Origin: Geosiphon pyriformis uo1
Lineage: Eukaryota > Fungi > Glomeromycota
Length of the DNA: 64,000 nucleotides
Assembly (NCBI GenBank): GCA_016748015.1
Contig: JAAOMT010000183.1
Coordinates: 180,052 to 244,051, forward strand
Reading direction: 5' to 3'
Shown: in pieces, positions 1 through 12,664 of the stretch
Layout of the letters: the number at the start of each line of letters is the position of its first letter
How positions within the stretch are numbered: position 1 is the first letter of the stretch
The notes under the pieces: model-generated
Seen by the model: only the letters and a program-made list of their open reading frames with translations
The model's database searches: none
What the model was told of the DNA's origin: nothing
Made by a program: the position numbers and the translations under genes

Positions 1-119
1 CAAATATTTAGTCTACCGCCTTCATAGGTTTCTGGATTAACTTGAAGTCCTCCTAATAAATAGCCCCAATTTGGCCTATATATTTCTACTGTGTATCAAG
101 GTCTATTTAAATATGATTC

Positions 120-977
120 TATTTCCCTTAATAAGTCTTTTGATTTTTGGTGAAGCAAAGTAACATCCTTTGATTTTACCCAAGTAGCGTCCCGGTATTA
201 AAAGCTCCTAATTTTTCCCAATCTTTTCCATATTTTTGCAAACCTTTGATTAAATTTTAGTCTTCTTCGTCAGTCCAGGGGCCTCTTTTAATCCCAGGAG
301 CAAGAGAAGCAATATAGTGAAGATATATGTTATGAGCAGATCTCTGAAGAATATGGCTTACTTTTCTCCATTGATTACCAAACTTTTTGACCAAAATTTT
401 TCTTCTGATTTCGTTCATTTGCCACACTTTGGACATATTAATATAATATAATAGCGATACTTCAGCTGAGCAACATTTTTCGCAAGAAAAATTCCATTTA
501 ATAATATACCCTTCCAGGAAATTTTGCTTGTGCCTTATTTTTCCAAATCTGAGTTCGATATCCTCCCTTGGCGTTCACTTAGCAGCTCCAATACAAAAAG
601 TTCCAGAGTTTAATGACTACTGCTTTTTGATAGCATAGTATTGCTTTTGTATACCATTTACTGTCCGATCTGGGAAATACTTTTCAGCAATAATCTTCCA
701 TGATAACCCATTTTGCCTTCGAAACTCAATCAAAGCTGTCTTCTCTTCAACAGTCCATTTCTGATAATCTCTCACTTGAGGTGCTTTCCCGATTATTCTT
801 TGATCAGTTATACGATTCTTAATCTTTAAGGAATTAACCGAATCATTCTTCTTGCTAGAATCAGTAAACGATAGAATGGGATTAGCAGGTATTTTAGTTT
901 AAGAGCCCTTTTGAAGAAATGAAAAGAGGGATGGTGTCTTATTCTCAAAAATCTTTGATCAAATTTAAGATATTCAT
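120..977 (-). pseudogene. Myb-repeat protein pseudogene (copy 1)
   Basis: Manual minus-strand translation gives ATG at 977 (MNILNLIKD, then frameshifts), YQKWTVEEKTALIEFRRQNGLSWKIIAEKYFPDRT, K*TPRED, PGIKRGPWTDEED*NLIKGLQKYGKDWEK and SPKIK. It is collinear with the intact Myb at 9952. In-frame stops at 617-619, 575-577 and 257-259. The 3' boundary is approximate. Confidence 0.85.
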
Positions 978-1732
978 TAAAGGAAGGATTCTCAGATTGA
1001 ATAGGTTTTACAGATCGCGATTAGGACAAATGATCATGTGAATGGTTAACGGGGATCCAAAAGTTTCATTTGAGAATAAACTTTATAAAATGTAATACTG
1101 CTCAAGCATAAAAGCACCAAAAAAATTNNNNNNNNNNNNNNNNNNNNNNNNNNNNNNNNNNNNNNNNNNNNNNNNNNNNNNNNNNTGCACATGCGATATA
1201 ATCTATAATTATTTTAAATTTTAAATTATATTAACTACAGCCTCATTTCACATTTCAAAATAGTTTTTTGCCTATTAAATTTATTATAAAATCTTCTCTC
1301 AAACTTAAAAAATGCATATCATAATAATTTAAGAATAATTTATTTTTGAACATAAATGTTCTTAATTTCAATAAATTCGGAGTGTGCTTTTTTGTGATCA
1401 TAGTTCAGTAGACATATTTCAATGAAAACAAAAGGAGAATACATTTATTTATTCAAAAGTTGAAAGTTTTTGCTTCACTTAATTCGTCTCTATCTTTAAC
1501 TTTTAGATGTCATTTTATTCTAGTATTGTAAAATTTCTACTGATAATTTGGTAACTCTTAGGTTTTGAAATTTCTATTAAATTCATCGCATTAACATTAG
1601 CAAGCGCAAAGTAACTTTTCAGGATTATCGTTTCGAAAGAGAAAATGAACTTGCTAATTAAAGTTTTTAGAAGATATTTTTAAAGAAATTAATATTTTAA
1701 AAATTGAAAAAAAGTTTTTATTTCCCAAAGTT

Positions 1733-2765
1733 TTACTGTAAATCAACGGAGTAAGTTGTTTTCGACTTCCTTCTATAATTTTCTTCATACCAGATTCTGT
1801 CATAACATTGCCTTGAGGTCCGAGTTCTAACTACCTCTGAAACTTTTTCCCACCTTTTACCATATTTCTCAATCGCTTTTTTCAAAGCATTGATCTCCAC
1901 CGGGTTCCATTGCCCAATGTTAAACTTTGCTGAAAGTTTAGATGAACAACGACAAATACGTTTAAGCATGTCTGAGGAACGCCAGGGGATTACTTCTTGA
2001 AATTTTTCCTAATCTTCCCCATATTCATGAAGAGATTTCGCCAATTTTTGTAATTCTTCATCTGTGAAATTGCCTTTTTTAGTCCCCGGAGCCAAATGCT
2101 GGTTATAGCGTTCATATATAAGGTGTGGGGGTCGTCCAAGTTTATGACTTATTTCTTTCCAATTCTTGCCATATTTTTTAATCAGATCTTTCAATTGATT
2201 ATCCTCTCGTTCTGTCCATAGCCCACGCTTTGAATGCGCTATGACGTTTTCATAATGCTTGAATAGTTCCCTATAACTTCTATTTGGAAAATGGTTATCA
2301 CTAATTTTTTTCCATTCAATAGGATCGTTGCCAAATAGTTTTACAGCATTTTTGAGCTTTTTGTCTTCACTGGGGGTCCACTTCACAGTATCAAAGTCAA
2401 ATTCACAATCCTTATTTGTTCGGGTGTGTTTAAATTCCCTCCAAAATTCCTTTAAAGCTTTCGGTGTAAGAGATGGAAAATAATTTTTCTTTAAAAGCTC
2501 CCAATTATTGCCATGTTCCATAAAAGCCTTTAAAAGTATTTTCTTATCCTCAGAGCTCCATTTTTGGTAGGTTTTTTGGCCAACCATTATATGATTACTT
2601 AGTTCAGCAACGGGCAACGATTTTTTTTCCTCTATAGAGGCAGGGGAATTTTGATTTAACCTAACTGATGTGTTAATATGTCGAAGCCCATTTTTATAGA
2701 TTTCGGTGTGTAATAATTTTTTAAATCCTTGACAAGACTGTCTTTATAAAATTCAATAAAATCAT
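1733..2765 (-). pseudogene. Myb-repeat protein, 5 repeats, disrupted (copy 2)
   Basis: ORFs 2009-2617 and 1733-1969 are in the same frame, separated by one TAG (2009-2011) where the paralog has Trp (YGED*EK versus YGEDWEE). The frame stays open upstream to 2743. The likely start ATG at 2765 (MILLNFI) is one nucleotide out of frame. Repeat motifs: WSSED, WTPSED, WTERED, FTDEE, WNPVE. Confidence 0.85.
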
Positions 2766-5291
2766 TTGGTAGTGACCGATGTTTTCAAATGGCATCTAAG
2801 GTTGGGAAATTTTCTGGTGTTAATAAACTGAGCAAACGATAACTGTAATTTAAGTTCATGTATCATAAAAAAATCACCAATCAAAGGTAACTTACATTTT
2901 GATGATCTTTTTTCAATCAAAAATTCTTTGAATTTTTCTTCTAATCAACATTTAAAATAGTATATTCTAAATAAAATTCTGGAAAAAAAGCATTCTATCC
3001 GAATAATCTTCTTCATAATTATCATGTTTTTTCTTAACTCCCTTTGAAAATTCATCCGCGATAAGCTTGAATCACAATCAAACAAAAATTTTGGACTTAC
3101 ACATCCGATAAAATATATATCGATGAATGAATCTCAATCTACATTGCCGGCATTATTTGTTTTTGATTCAGGAAATCTTATCAGGCAGCAAATTTATAGT
3201 CATATTATTGATTGTAATAAATCATGTTTTAGTCCTTTTTGCAATCATTGAGATTTTTTATCGAAATTTAATAAAAGAGACTCTTTTGATCTATATTCAT
3301 ACAAATAGCAAAAATTCCAAAGTCTAGATTTTTTTCTCATGATAATTCCTGTTCAAAGACAAGTCTCATCTTTTCGCTAAAACTAGCCTTCAGAAAAAAG
3401 TCATGAAAATGAAACGCTAATTTTAATTACCAGTTCCCAATAAGAAAAGGCTGATGAAGTCATTCAGGGAAAATTCGGCATCTTTCAATGTTTTAATATT
3501 TTATGGACTTAATTGTTTATTTTTAAGCTTTTTGAAAATCAATGGAATTTTCCCAAAGTTTAATCATGAATTGACGATCTATTGATTCGCTGCAACCGCA
3601 TAAGTTAGAAAGATAAGAGATATATCTGATACTCAAAGCTAAACTTGGTAGGCTGGTCACTGTATTTATAGGGCAAAGCTCTCTTTTTTTTTCTTTGTCA
3701 CTAATCCAATATTTCTCTTTAATATTTATCAGAAAATTTTATTTCTTCCGAAAAATATTATCGTATTTAGCAAATATTTTGCCATTAGCACAATGGTCGT
3801 GATCCACACATAAAGGTGATACCCATCTACCCAAATCTCAGCTCTTTCGATCAAACTCAAAAAATTATATATTGTTAGGACATTATAAAATTCTTGACAT
3901 AATATCGCTGTTTATAAACGAAGGGAATCGATATGAGCTGAAATTTTAAATATTATTTAGATTGTATTTAGGCTTAAATTTCAAGATTTTCAAGAACCAA
4001 GGCTCTTCAGCACAAGCCAAATGTGATTGTGCTACTCAAATTTAGAATCAGAGTGATTCAATATTTTAATTCACTTACACTTCGTTTTGGAAACTCAACA
4101 ATTAAGAAGTCAATTCTAATCAAAAAACATGCAATCAAATTTAGATTTCTTAAAATGAATAACATTATTACACAGAGCTACCAGGACAATCCTGTTATCA
4201 GGTTGAAGATCCACTACCCTATAAAGTATAAAATAGCAAAGGTTTTGCACACCTTCATTAGCAAAAAAATCAATTTCAAAAGCTTTTGTGAACTTTAAAG
4301 CGCAATCATAAAGTATTGCCAATTCAAACCTTTTTATAATTTATCATTTTTTTTTATAACAACTTCATTTGAATCTTCAATATATGCTATGACGCAAAAA
4401 ATTACAGCCTATAAATTACAAATCTGTCTATGCAAAGAAAGAAATTTTCATCAAGAACAATATCCACTTTTAAAGATTCAAGGAAAGCAGATTCGCATGA
4501 TGAAACATAACGCAAAAATTGATAAGCAAATTCTGATCGAACCACCATTAAGCTATTCTGATATATTGGATTCTGTTCGAGTGACAACTCCAGTTAGAGA
4601 ATATAATCAAATTTAATTATAGCACAAGATAAAAACATATTTATGCTTATATTTAGCTTCTTTTTGATGTACCAAAACCTGCATTGATCTATTGTATTTA
4701 AGAATCAACAGCTTTATTAAAAGACATTCTAAATAAAAAATGAGAAAAATTCAAGTGCAACACAGAAGCTATGAAAACATAGTAACTGTAAATAAATTTA
4801 ACACTTCAAAGATTTGCTTATACTGTTTTTAAAAACTTATTCTTCATCAAGTCGGCAAGATTGTTAGTGAAAAGAATGGATTGTTTGTCTGTATAACAAT
4901 AGAATCCATCCATCTTTAATGCTCAGCAAGAAGAATCAAATATACAACATAAAAAAGGAATGCCAATGCAGCTGTAAATATTGCTTTGTCTGAAGCATCA
5001 ATTGTTTTAGCTCTGACCACCAACCACTTTCTTTTTTTTGTCACAATGTCAATTACACAAGGTGCAAACAAAAATTTTTCACTTTGTCTGGTTTTGTTAC
5101 AGCACATCTCATATTGTCACTATTGTATTCTTAGCAAAAGGTTAAAGATAAATATCAAAATTCAGAATATATTCCTTTTTTCTGATAAATCAATCCAAGT
5201 TTTTTCTTCGGATAAACTTACTATTTCTCAAGTTATTTTTTTATTTACGCTCAACTCAATTGTCTGGTGAAAGGCTAAATTTCTATGATAA

Positions 5292-5560
5292 TTTCCCAAA
5301 CCAAAAAAGGGAAAAGGGGCTAAGAAACCTACTATATGTACTTGTGTCATATATGCGTTAGCATTGAAGTAGAAATCAATGAAAACAGACTGAACGAACA
5401 TCAAAAGATCAGTTAATCAATAAGGAACCCTTGAGAGAGAGTATGACTGAACCCACTTATAAAGAGTTGGTAAGCTTATATCAAAATGCAAATAGGAATT
5501 CACATTTAGTGTTTAATCAAACCTAATATCCTCCACCTAATGCTCAAATCTGTTACGAAA
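5292..5560 (+). pseudogene. possible decayed HMG-box-like gene remnant
   Basis: FPKPKKGKGAKKPT..IYALALK*KSMKTD*TNIKRS...YKELVSLYQ loosely follows the HMG-box layout, with several stops and a frameshift. Weak support. Confidence 0.2.
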
Positions 5561-6097
5561 ATCAAAAAAATGCGATTTTTAAAGTAAGAAGCTTTTCAAG
5601 CGTGATATATTAAAAGCTAGAAAACTTGGGTGAACTGAAGTGAGAAGGTGTGACTTGTGGACTGAGCTGCCAATTCGAGCAACGGTTAGTTTTGGAGAGG
5701 GAATTACTATTTTTGCTTATGCTATGCATTTGAACGAATTATTCCTCTGATCGAAAGTAACAAAAAGCGTTATTACAAAAGTTTAAAGTCACTAAATCAA
5801 GTTTATCGTAAAGTCTAGAAAATAAGCAACCCCCCTCAAAATTCGATCCAAAATCGATGACGTAGGGGTTGCTTATTTTTCGAGACTTTACGGTAATGAC
5901 CTTATCGCCCTTTCAAATAGCTTATAAAAGGTTAGTTCTTCCTACCAAATTACAAAATCAACAAATACCTTATAGCTTTATTTGTCCAGCTAGGTCTTCT
6001 TCAAAACTTTATACAGTAAAAGGTGATTTGTTCTTCTGCGCTAACTTCTTTCGCTCAAGTTTATCTACTGGCCACAACTATTATTATTATTATTATT

Positions 6098-6431
6098 ATA
6101 AATTCATCTGAGACGGGTAAATCTAACAAAGTAGTGAATCTTCCGTGTCGCAAATATCGTTTGACTTTTGCTCTTCGCTTTTTCCTAAAATTTTTATTAT
6201 ATAGAAAGCAGAATAAACCCAAATATAGAAGGGACAAAAGACATTGTTACTGGTATAGTTGAAGCAGTAACTGTTGCCTGCCCACCGGCTGGAGCTGCTC
6301 TAGGAGCCATGAGAGGAAAAGAAAAAGGAATTGGTAAGATGGTCGGTAATCAAGACGCCCAAGATGTGGGAGAGGCCCAGCAAGCGGCGATGACAAAGCC
6401 CATTGAAGATATAAAGAAAATATTCGATTAG
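6098..6431 (+). CDS. small Gly/Ala-rich hypothetical protein (start uncertain, possibly a pseudogene)
   Basis: GC-richer open frame 6205-6431 after an AG acceptor: SRINPNIEGTKDIVTGIVEAVTVACPPAGAALGAMRGKEKGIGKMVGNQDAQDVGEAQQAAMTKPIEDIKKIFD*. A phase-compatible GT donor lies at 6117. The upstream mini-exon has no ATG (ATA at 6098). Confidence 0.45.
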
Positions 6432-6978
6432 AAAAATAGCATACGAGAAAATTTTTTACCATTTCTTAAGCGAAATTTATGAAGAGAAGACCTGACTATA
6501 GTGAATATTGATCTTTAATGTAATATATTAGTGAAAGATTGTTTGGTTTAATAAATAAGTTGGGATAGCCTATGCTTTTATCCAAATTGCCAAACTAGCA
6601 ATAATTTTTGTTTTGAGAACAACCTCTTACTTTGCCTCGCTTTAGGAATAATTTTGGTTTTCTATTTCTTGTTGTGTTAAGGAAGGTAAAGGAGAATCTA
6701 AATGTACAGAATTCCCTATGTAAAAGCTTTTAAGAATTATTGATTTTATCCGAGCGATTGCGGGAATTTTCAATTTCAAAATTTCTTTTGAAAGATAATA
6801 TTAAATCGAATATTTAAATCTTTCATTATTATTAAACATTAAGTCCACAATCTCCCAAAATTTAAAGTAAATAAATAAATTGCAAGTTATAAAATATACA
6901 AGTGGTTTAATTTATAACATAAATAATTTTGCTTATTCAATAGAATTTCTCTGACAAAACTTTTCAACATTTAAAAAC

Positions 6979-8529
6979 TTATACTTTCTGAAAAGGTAAA
7001 AATTCGGTAGATTCCAAAACCAAGGAAAACTGCCGAGAGACATAGTCTTCAACTACTGATGAGATACCATAATTTGAAAATTTTAATATTGGAGAACATT
7101 ACTCCAGAACAAAGGGATTAGGTGTTATTATAAATGGAAAGATTTTCAACTCACTTTTAGAATTATCGACTTCTGTAGAACTCAAACTATTTTGTCGTGA
7201 AATGCTGGATGGATCGATTTTTGGCAAAGCTTTACTCGTATAAGTAGCCAATGAATGCTTGTGTTCTTTTGAAAGCGAAGAACTTCTAGACTTGACGGAA
7301 ATCTTATCAAATCTCATAATTTCTTTCCTGTTTTCTGAATCCCCCGATTGCCAGTTATACAGTGTCTCCGAAATTTCTTTCGCGGTAGGTCGTTTCTCAG
7401 GATCAGCATCCCAGCATTGTTTCATCATTACTAAATAACATTTAGGGATAATGCAACTTGGGTCAATCGCTGGCCTTAACCCATCACAAATGTTCAAGGC
7501 CAAATCAATATCATGTGAATATTGAAAAAATGGCGGTTTGCCGGTAGCGATTTCATACATAAGCATTGCAAAACTATAAATATCTGCTTTTTGAGTGTAT
7601 TGATGAGAACGCAAAACTTCTGGAGCAACGTACGGCATTACTCCAGTTATTTTAGATGTTTCATCTGTGGGATTATTGGTGTTGAATTTTACATGTTTAG
7701 TGAGCCCAAGATCACCGATGTGACATTTTTTGTGAGAGCGTAGAATGTTTCCAGCATGTAAATCCCGATGTACCAACCCTGCTAAATGAATTGTTCGAAT
7801 TCCTTTCGCAATTGAGGCTGCAAATGAGACTCGGTCGCTCCAGCTTAGGGAACGATATACTTTTTGAAGATGTTGCCGCATGTCACCATGTTTAAAATAG
7901 AGAGTGATGATCCCATAAGCCCTCGTTCCCGGATTTTGTGTGATTCCAATGCAACGAACAACGCAACCTAGATGCTTTGAACATTTATGATATTGTCGAA
8001 CCTGAAAAATGTTACTTTTTAGTTGAAATTTTTAACACTCAAAATATAAATCATTAATCAGAATTTAAATAGTTACCTCATTCAAAAACTCCAATTCTTC
8101 ACTTTCAGTCCCTTTCAAAATTTTCAAGACAACCGGAAAATTCGTATACCTTCGCCAACCATCTTTTTTTTCCTTTTGACCTAGGATAATACCATCCAAC
8201 CAATTGGCTTTAAACACTTTTGCATACCCCCCTTCAGCTAGCGGTTCAATGTTTGTTAAATCTTTATACGGTATCCACGTTACAACTTGTTCACCATTAG
8301 TAGCTTCCAGTTGAGTTTCTTGAATGAATTTATCAATTTCTTGATTACCACTAGTCCAGTGGGGAAAATATTTTCGAAACCTGGTAGAATTACATGGTTG
8401 ACACCACGTCTTTCCGGTGTTTGGTTGATTACATTTTGTACATGTCCCATACTTCTCGAGACACATTTTAGAGATGTTTTCAGAGTTAAATTTGAGAGAT
8501 TGGATTGGCAATTCCTTAGTTTCGGACAT
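6979..8529 (-). CDS. tyrosine-kinase-like (TKL) Ser/Thr protein kinase
   Basis: Exon 8529-8077, intron 8076-8002, and a probable second intron 7154-7056 (if unspliced, the stop is at 7099). Motifs: AEGGYAKV, VVLK, HRDLHAGNIL, DLG, YVAPE, DIYSF. The N-terminal CTKC..WCQPC..WTSGNQEIDKFI segment is typical of the kinase family expanded in Glomeromycotina. Confidence 0.92.
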
Positions 8530-9951
8530 TTTGAGTGGTGAAATATTTATCTAAGGAGTCGAAAATTTATTTTTGAGGAAATGTGGATTTCGAACTAAGG
8601 GATTTTTTATTAAGCGCAGATATATGCATGTATAAATAACTTGAATGCATAATATTAATAATAGCTGCTCATTAATGATTGTGAACAGGTTTAAACTACT
8701 ACATGTATTTTGTATTTCCTTGCTTGTCACACTTCCCATTACTTGTACTTTATCTTTATTATATATAGCATCGCAAGATTTCTCACAACATAAAATAAGC
8801 AGAAAATTTGTGCCCTTGATAAATTCGGAAAGCATTTCATAAAAAAAATATGATTTTCTTTTGTATACAGGTTAACTTATATAGTAAATTTGAATTTCTA
8901 AATCAATATATTTTTTTATTGAAAATGTGAGAGAATCTTTTTTATCAAGTCTGGAAAAGGAAAACTTGTTGGAATTTAATTTCTTTTTTTTAAAACTTAT
9001 TAATATTTTCACAATGTCCAAATATAGTTGAAATCAAAAAAAGTAAAAATATATGCCTCAAATCTTGTTACAGATTTAGTTAACAAAATTTTCATTTCTT
9101 AAAAGTTATCTATCCAATAATTTCTTTTTAAGAAAATAATAATCATTCATGTCTTATTTTTCGCTTGTAAGAAATGTATCATATATTGCTAATTATTTTA
9201 TAAAAGTTATTTAATTTCGAAATATAATATTTTATATTCACTAAATAAAAACTATAATACCTTTAATTTAAGAGTTAATAGATTTCATTTTAAATGCAAG
9301 AAACAGATGTTTGAAATCGAACAAATTTAAAGTATTCTAAAACAGCCATTTTTAATTTAATACAAATTTTCAGTAACAAGTTTAGCCATTTTTAATTTCA
9401 AATTTAATTTAATAAAAAATTATTGTTTCTTTTTTATCCTAAACCCCTTTAAGTTTTCAAAATTGAAAATGAAACGAGAAAAATAAAATGAAATAAATTC
9501 AATTCAATCTATTTTTTGGTCACAAAAAAGGATTTTTATCTGTAAACTAATATAAAATTTAATCAAGCCTTTCCCTTTTTTTAAAAAAAATTCAATAATT
9601 TCACTCCCTCTAATGAGAATGTCTATTTGGATAATATAGCATGTAATTATATGTTGAAGAATACCTTAATAGAATGAAAAAAAATTTAAACCCAAGAATT
9701 TTTAATTATTTTACAAAACTTTAATGAACAGAAAATAAAGCTTGAAGTTCGATATGAGTAGCTACTGAGTAAATTTTTTTAGAAGGTAATAATTAAAATT
9801 AAGCTTCTTTATTTTACAACGATCGTCGCTCATTTCTATTAAATTATTTAGCCAATCATCATTTGATGCAAGAATAAAAAGTTGATTAATTAAGCTGAAC
9901 TTGTCTATCATTTTTCATTTAGGCCAAAAAAAACGCAATCATTGACTTCGG

Positions 9952-10989
9952 ATGATGTTATCGAATGTTTTCAAGATTGGCAGGCGCAAGCGGACCCATT
10001 TTTTGGGATGTCGTGGTAAAGCTTCACTGAGCGAAATTCAGGCCACTTCCCTTCCGCAGTTGAACCATAATAAGAATGGAGAATCTGACTCTTCGGCTGA
10101 CATAAATAAATTAACCCTAAATGAACCACTCGCCGAAGCAGACGTAAATAAATTAACCACAGAATCAAACAGTAATAAAGTTTCGAAGATTTACAACCAT
10201 CATAAATGGACAGTCGAAGATCAGAAATTATTAATCGAGGCTTATAAACAACATGGCTCAGATTGGAATTATATTGCTAAAACCTATTTCCCAGCCAGGA
10301 AACCAACAGCTTTATATTCACAATGGAACCATTTAAAAACTAGCGGGTTGGCAGATAAAGAAAATCTTAATCTTTATTCTCCATGGACGCTTAAAGAGGA
10401 CACTGAACTTAAAGCAGTGGTGGGAAATTATGGAGACGGTAGGGTTGATTGGAAAGCTATTTTATCGACAGGCAAATTTCCTAATAAAAGCACCAAACAA
10501 TTATCATCTCGTTATACCAATGTATTAATGCAAACGAAACGTGGTGGATGGACGCCACAAGAAGATGAAAAATTATTAAAATTAGTTCAAGAATATGGGA
10601 ATCGATGGACATACATTAGTCAAATTCTCAAAAGACCACCTAATCGCATTAGAGCACGGTACACAGAAGACTTGGCTCCAGATATTCAAAAAGGCCCTTT
10701 AGAAGATTATGAATACCAAAAATTGGCTAAGGCTCTTGAAAAATATGGCGAAGATTGGGAAGAAATTCAGAAAATTTTCCCTAAACGTCCTTTGAGTCAA
10801 ATTAAATTTTATTGCCGTAATTCACCTAAAGTTAAAAATTTCAAGACTGGACCATGGGATTCGGCCGAGATACAGGCTTTTAGCAAAGCATTGACAAAAT
10901 ATGGTAGAGATTGGATTAGAGTTGCAGAATCAGTTGCGACAAGAGGTCCAATACAATGTTACCGCAAATACTTCAGTGCAAAAATATAG
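9952..10989 (+). CDS. Myb-like DNA-binding repeat protein, 5 repeats, intact (copy 3)
   Basis: Intronless 345-aa ORF with repeats starting WTVED, WTLKED, WTPQED, LEDYE and WDSAE, followed by (H/Y)G..W and mostly (F)P.R motifs. Confidence 0.92.
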   Translation: MMLSNVFKIGRRKRTHFLGCRGKASLSEIQATSLPQLNHNKNGESDSSADINKLTLNEPLAEADVNKLTTESNSNKVSKIYNHHKWTVEDQKLLIEAYKQHGSDWNYIAKTYFPARKPTALYSQWNHLKTSGLADKENLNLYSPWTLKEDTELKAVVGNYGDGRVDWKAILSTGKFPNKSTKQLSSRYTNVLMQTKRGGWTPQEDEKLLKLVQEYGNRWTYISQILKRPPNRIRARYTEDLAPDIQKGPLEDYEYQKLAKALEKYGEDWEEIQKIFPKRPLSQIKFYCRNSPKVKNFKTGPWDSAEIQAFSKALTKYGRDWIRVAESVATRGPIQCYRKYFSAKI

Positions 10990-11429
10990 TGATATTTTTC
11001 CTAAAAACCGATTTCTCAATTTTTTTGCAAGATGAATAAGCTTAATTTCTCAAAAAAACATAATTTTCTGTCAACCTTTTCCTTGTTGGACAGAAAATTT
11101 GTTTGACAAAAGCACTCTAAAAGAAAAAAACTCCCTTTTAAAAGCCATGTCTTATTATTCTCATGAAAATTTTCACCATAGGTTTAAGCGAGTTATCCTT
11201 ATTCTATTTTCTAAAAATTACACTTTGGTAGTTGTAAATTTTAGATGACTCCCTTTATTTTCAAATATTTCAATGGTTACAAAGAGACATCTAAGATTTG
11301 GGCTCCAAGATTATGATTTTAGAATTGCTTGTTCTTGATTCATTGTCCATTTTTTCAAAATCAGTTGATAAAAGATCTTATTACAAAAGCCTACTTTACT
11401 TTTTTAAAAAGCTTTCAATCCAAATCTCA

Positions 11430-12664
11430 TTAATCAAGCTTGCGGCCAACTATCTTCTGAAACTTGAAATATGAATTCTGTTCATTCATTTCCTTCACCA
11501 GTTTGTCAAGCATTATTCGATAAGTATGAGCAGAAAATCTTAAAGTTTGAGTAGCAAATTCTTCAACGACCTCTAGAATATGTTTGAAATCTGCAGCACA
11601 TGCTTTGCCTGGAATTCCTCCCCAGTCACCGATTGGGCATGTGGTGTCTTTCAACTCTATGGTTTGAAATTTATTGGTATCTTTGATAATTTGCGATAAC
11701 AAAGGAATCAGCTCTGGGTCGAATCCCCTCGAAATAATTGCCGATGATGCTGAAAAATTGTTTCAATATGAGTAAATCATCAAAATTTTTGCTCTGAAAC
11801 GTTACCTAGTTGATCGAGAGAAATCTCTTACCAATATCCATATAAGCCTTCCCACGTGGCCCAACATTTAAAATTTGAAACGGATGTTCAGCAACCTCCA
11901 TCCATCCACCTGGTTTCAATAATCTTGCTACTTCATTTATCACCAAATTCCTCCATTCTTCCAGGGTAAAAACCAACTTCAAATTTCTTAAAAATACAAA
12001 ATCAAATGATGAGTCATCAAATGGTAATGTTTCCAGTGCGTCTGCCTGGATAAAACTGACATTTGGTGGTTTAATTTCTTGGGGATAGTTTTTTCGTATG
12101 TCAATTCCAATAAACGTGGATTCTGGGTAGTCATTCGCCACATCAAATAGCCACGTTCCCACGCCACAGCTAATGAAAGTAATAGGCCATATTAGATGGT
12201 GGCTTAAAAAACCAGATTGTTGTATATTCTTTACCATATATCAAGAACTCGCGCTCCGTTATTCAAAGTAGCTTCGATTGGTGCAGAAAAATTTTTTTGC
12301 CATACAAGTTTGAAAAAATAGTGTCTGTTTATTTCGAAATCTTGTTCATTGTAATTATCCTGAAATTTCGCAATCAAATTGAGTTTTTTTTGCTGATTTA
12401 TTTGACAAAATTTTAGTTATTAACAAAAACCTTACCGGAAATATACCCTTTTCAATAACAGGGTCAAAAAATCGTTGGGCATTCAACAATGTTTGTTCTT
12501 TATTACCCGAATTCTTACTGGTTTCATCGGCTATTTTATTGAATGAATCTTAGAGGCTGGCAATTGAAGTATTCAAAGTCAATTTCGAAATGAAGAGAAT
12601 TACCGTTATTCTTTAAGTTTGGTGAAATGGAAGGTCGCCTCTTGGTCGAAGATATGTTTCCCAT
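11430..12664 (-). CDS. class I SAM-dependent methyltransferase (LaeA-like/Methyltransf_25 type)
   Basis: ATG at 12664 (MGNISSTKRR), four GT-AG introns. Motifs: NFSAPI, VLDICCGVGTW, IGIDI, LPFDDSSFDFV, RLLKPGGWME, PIGDWGG. Confidence 0.9.
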
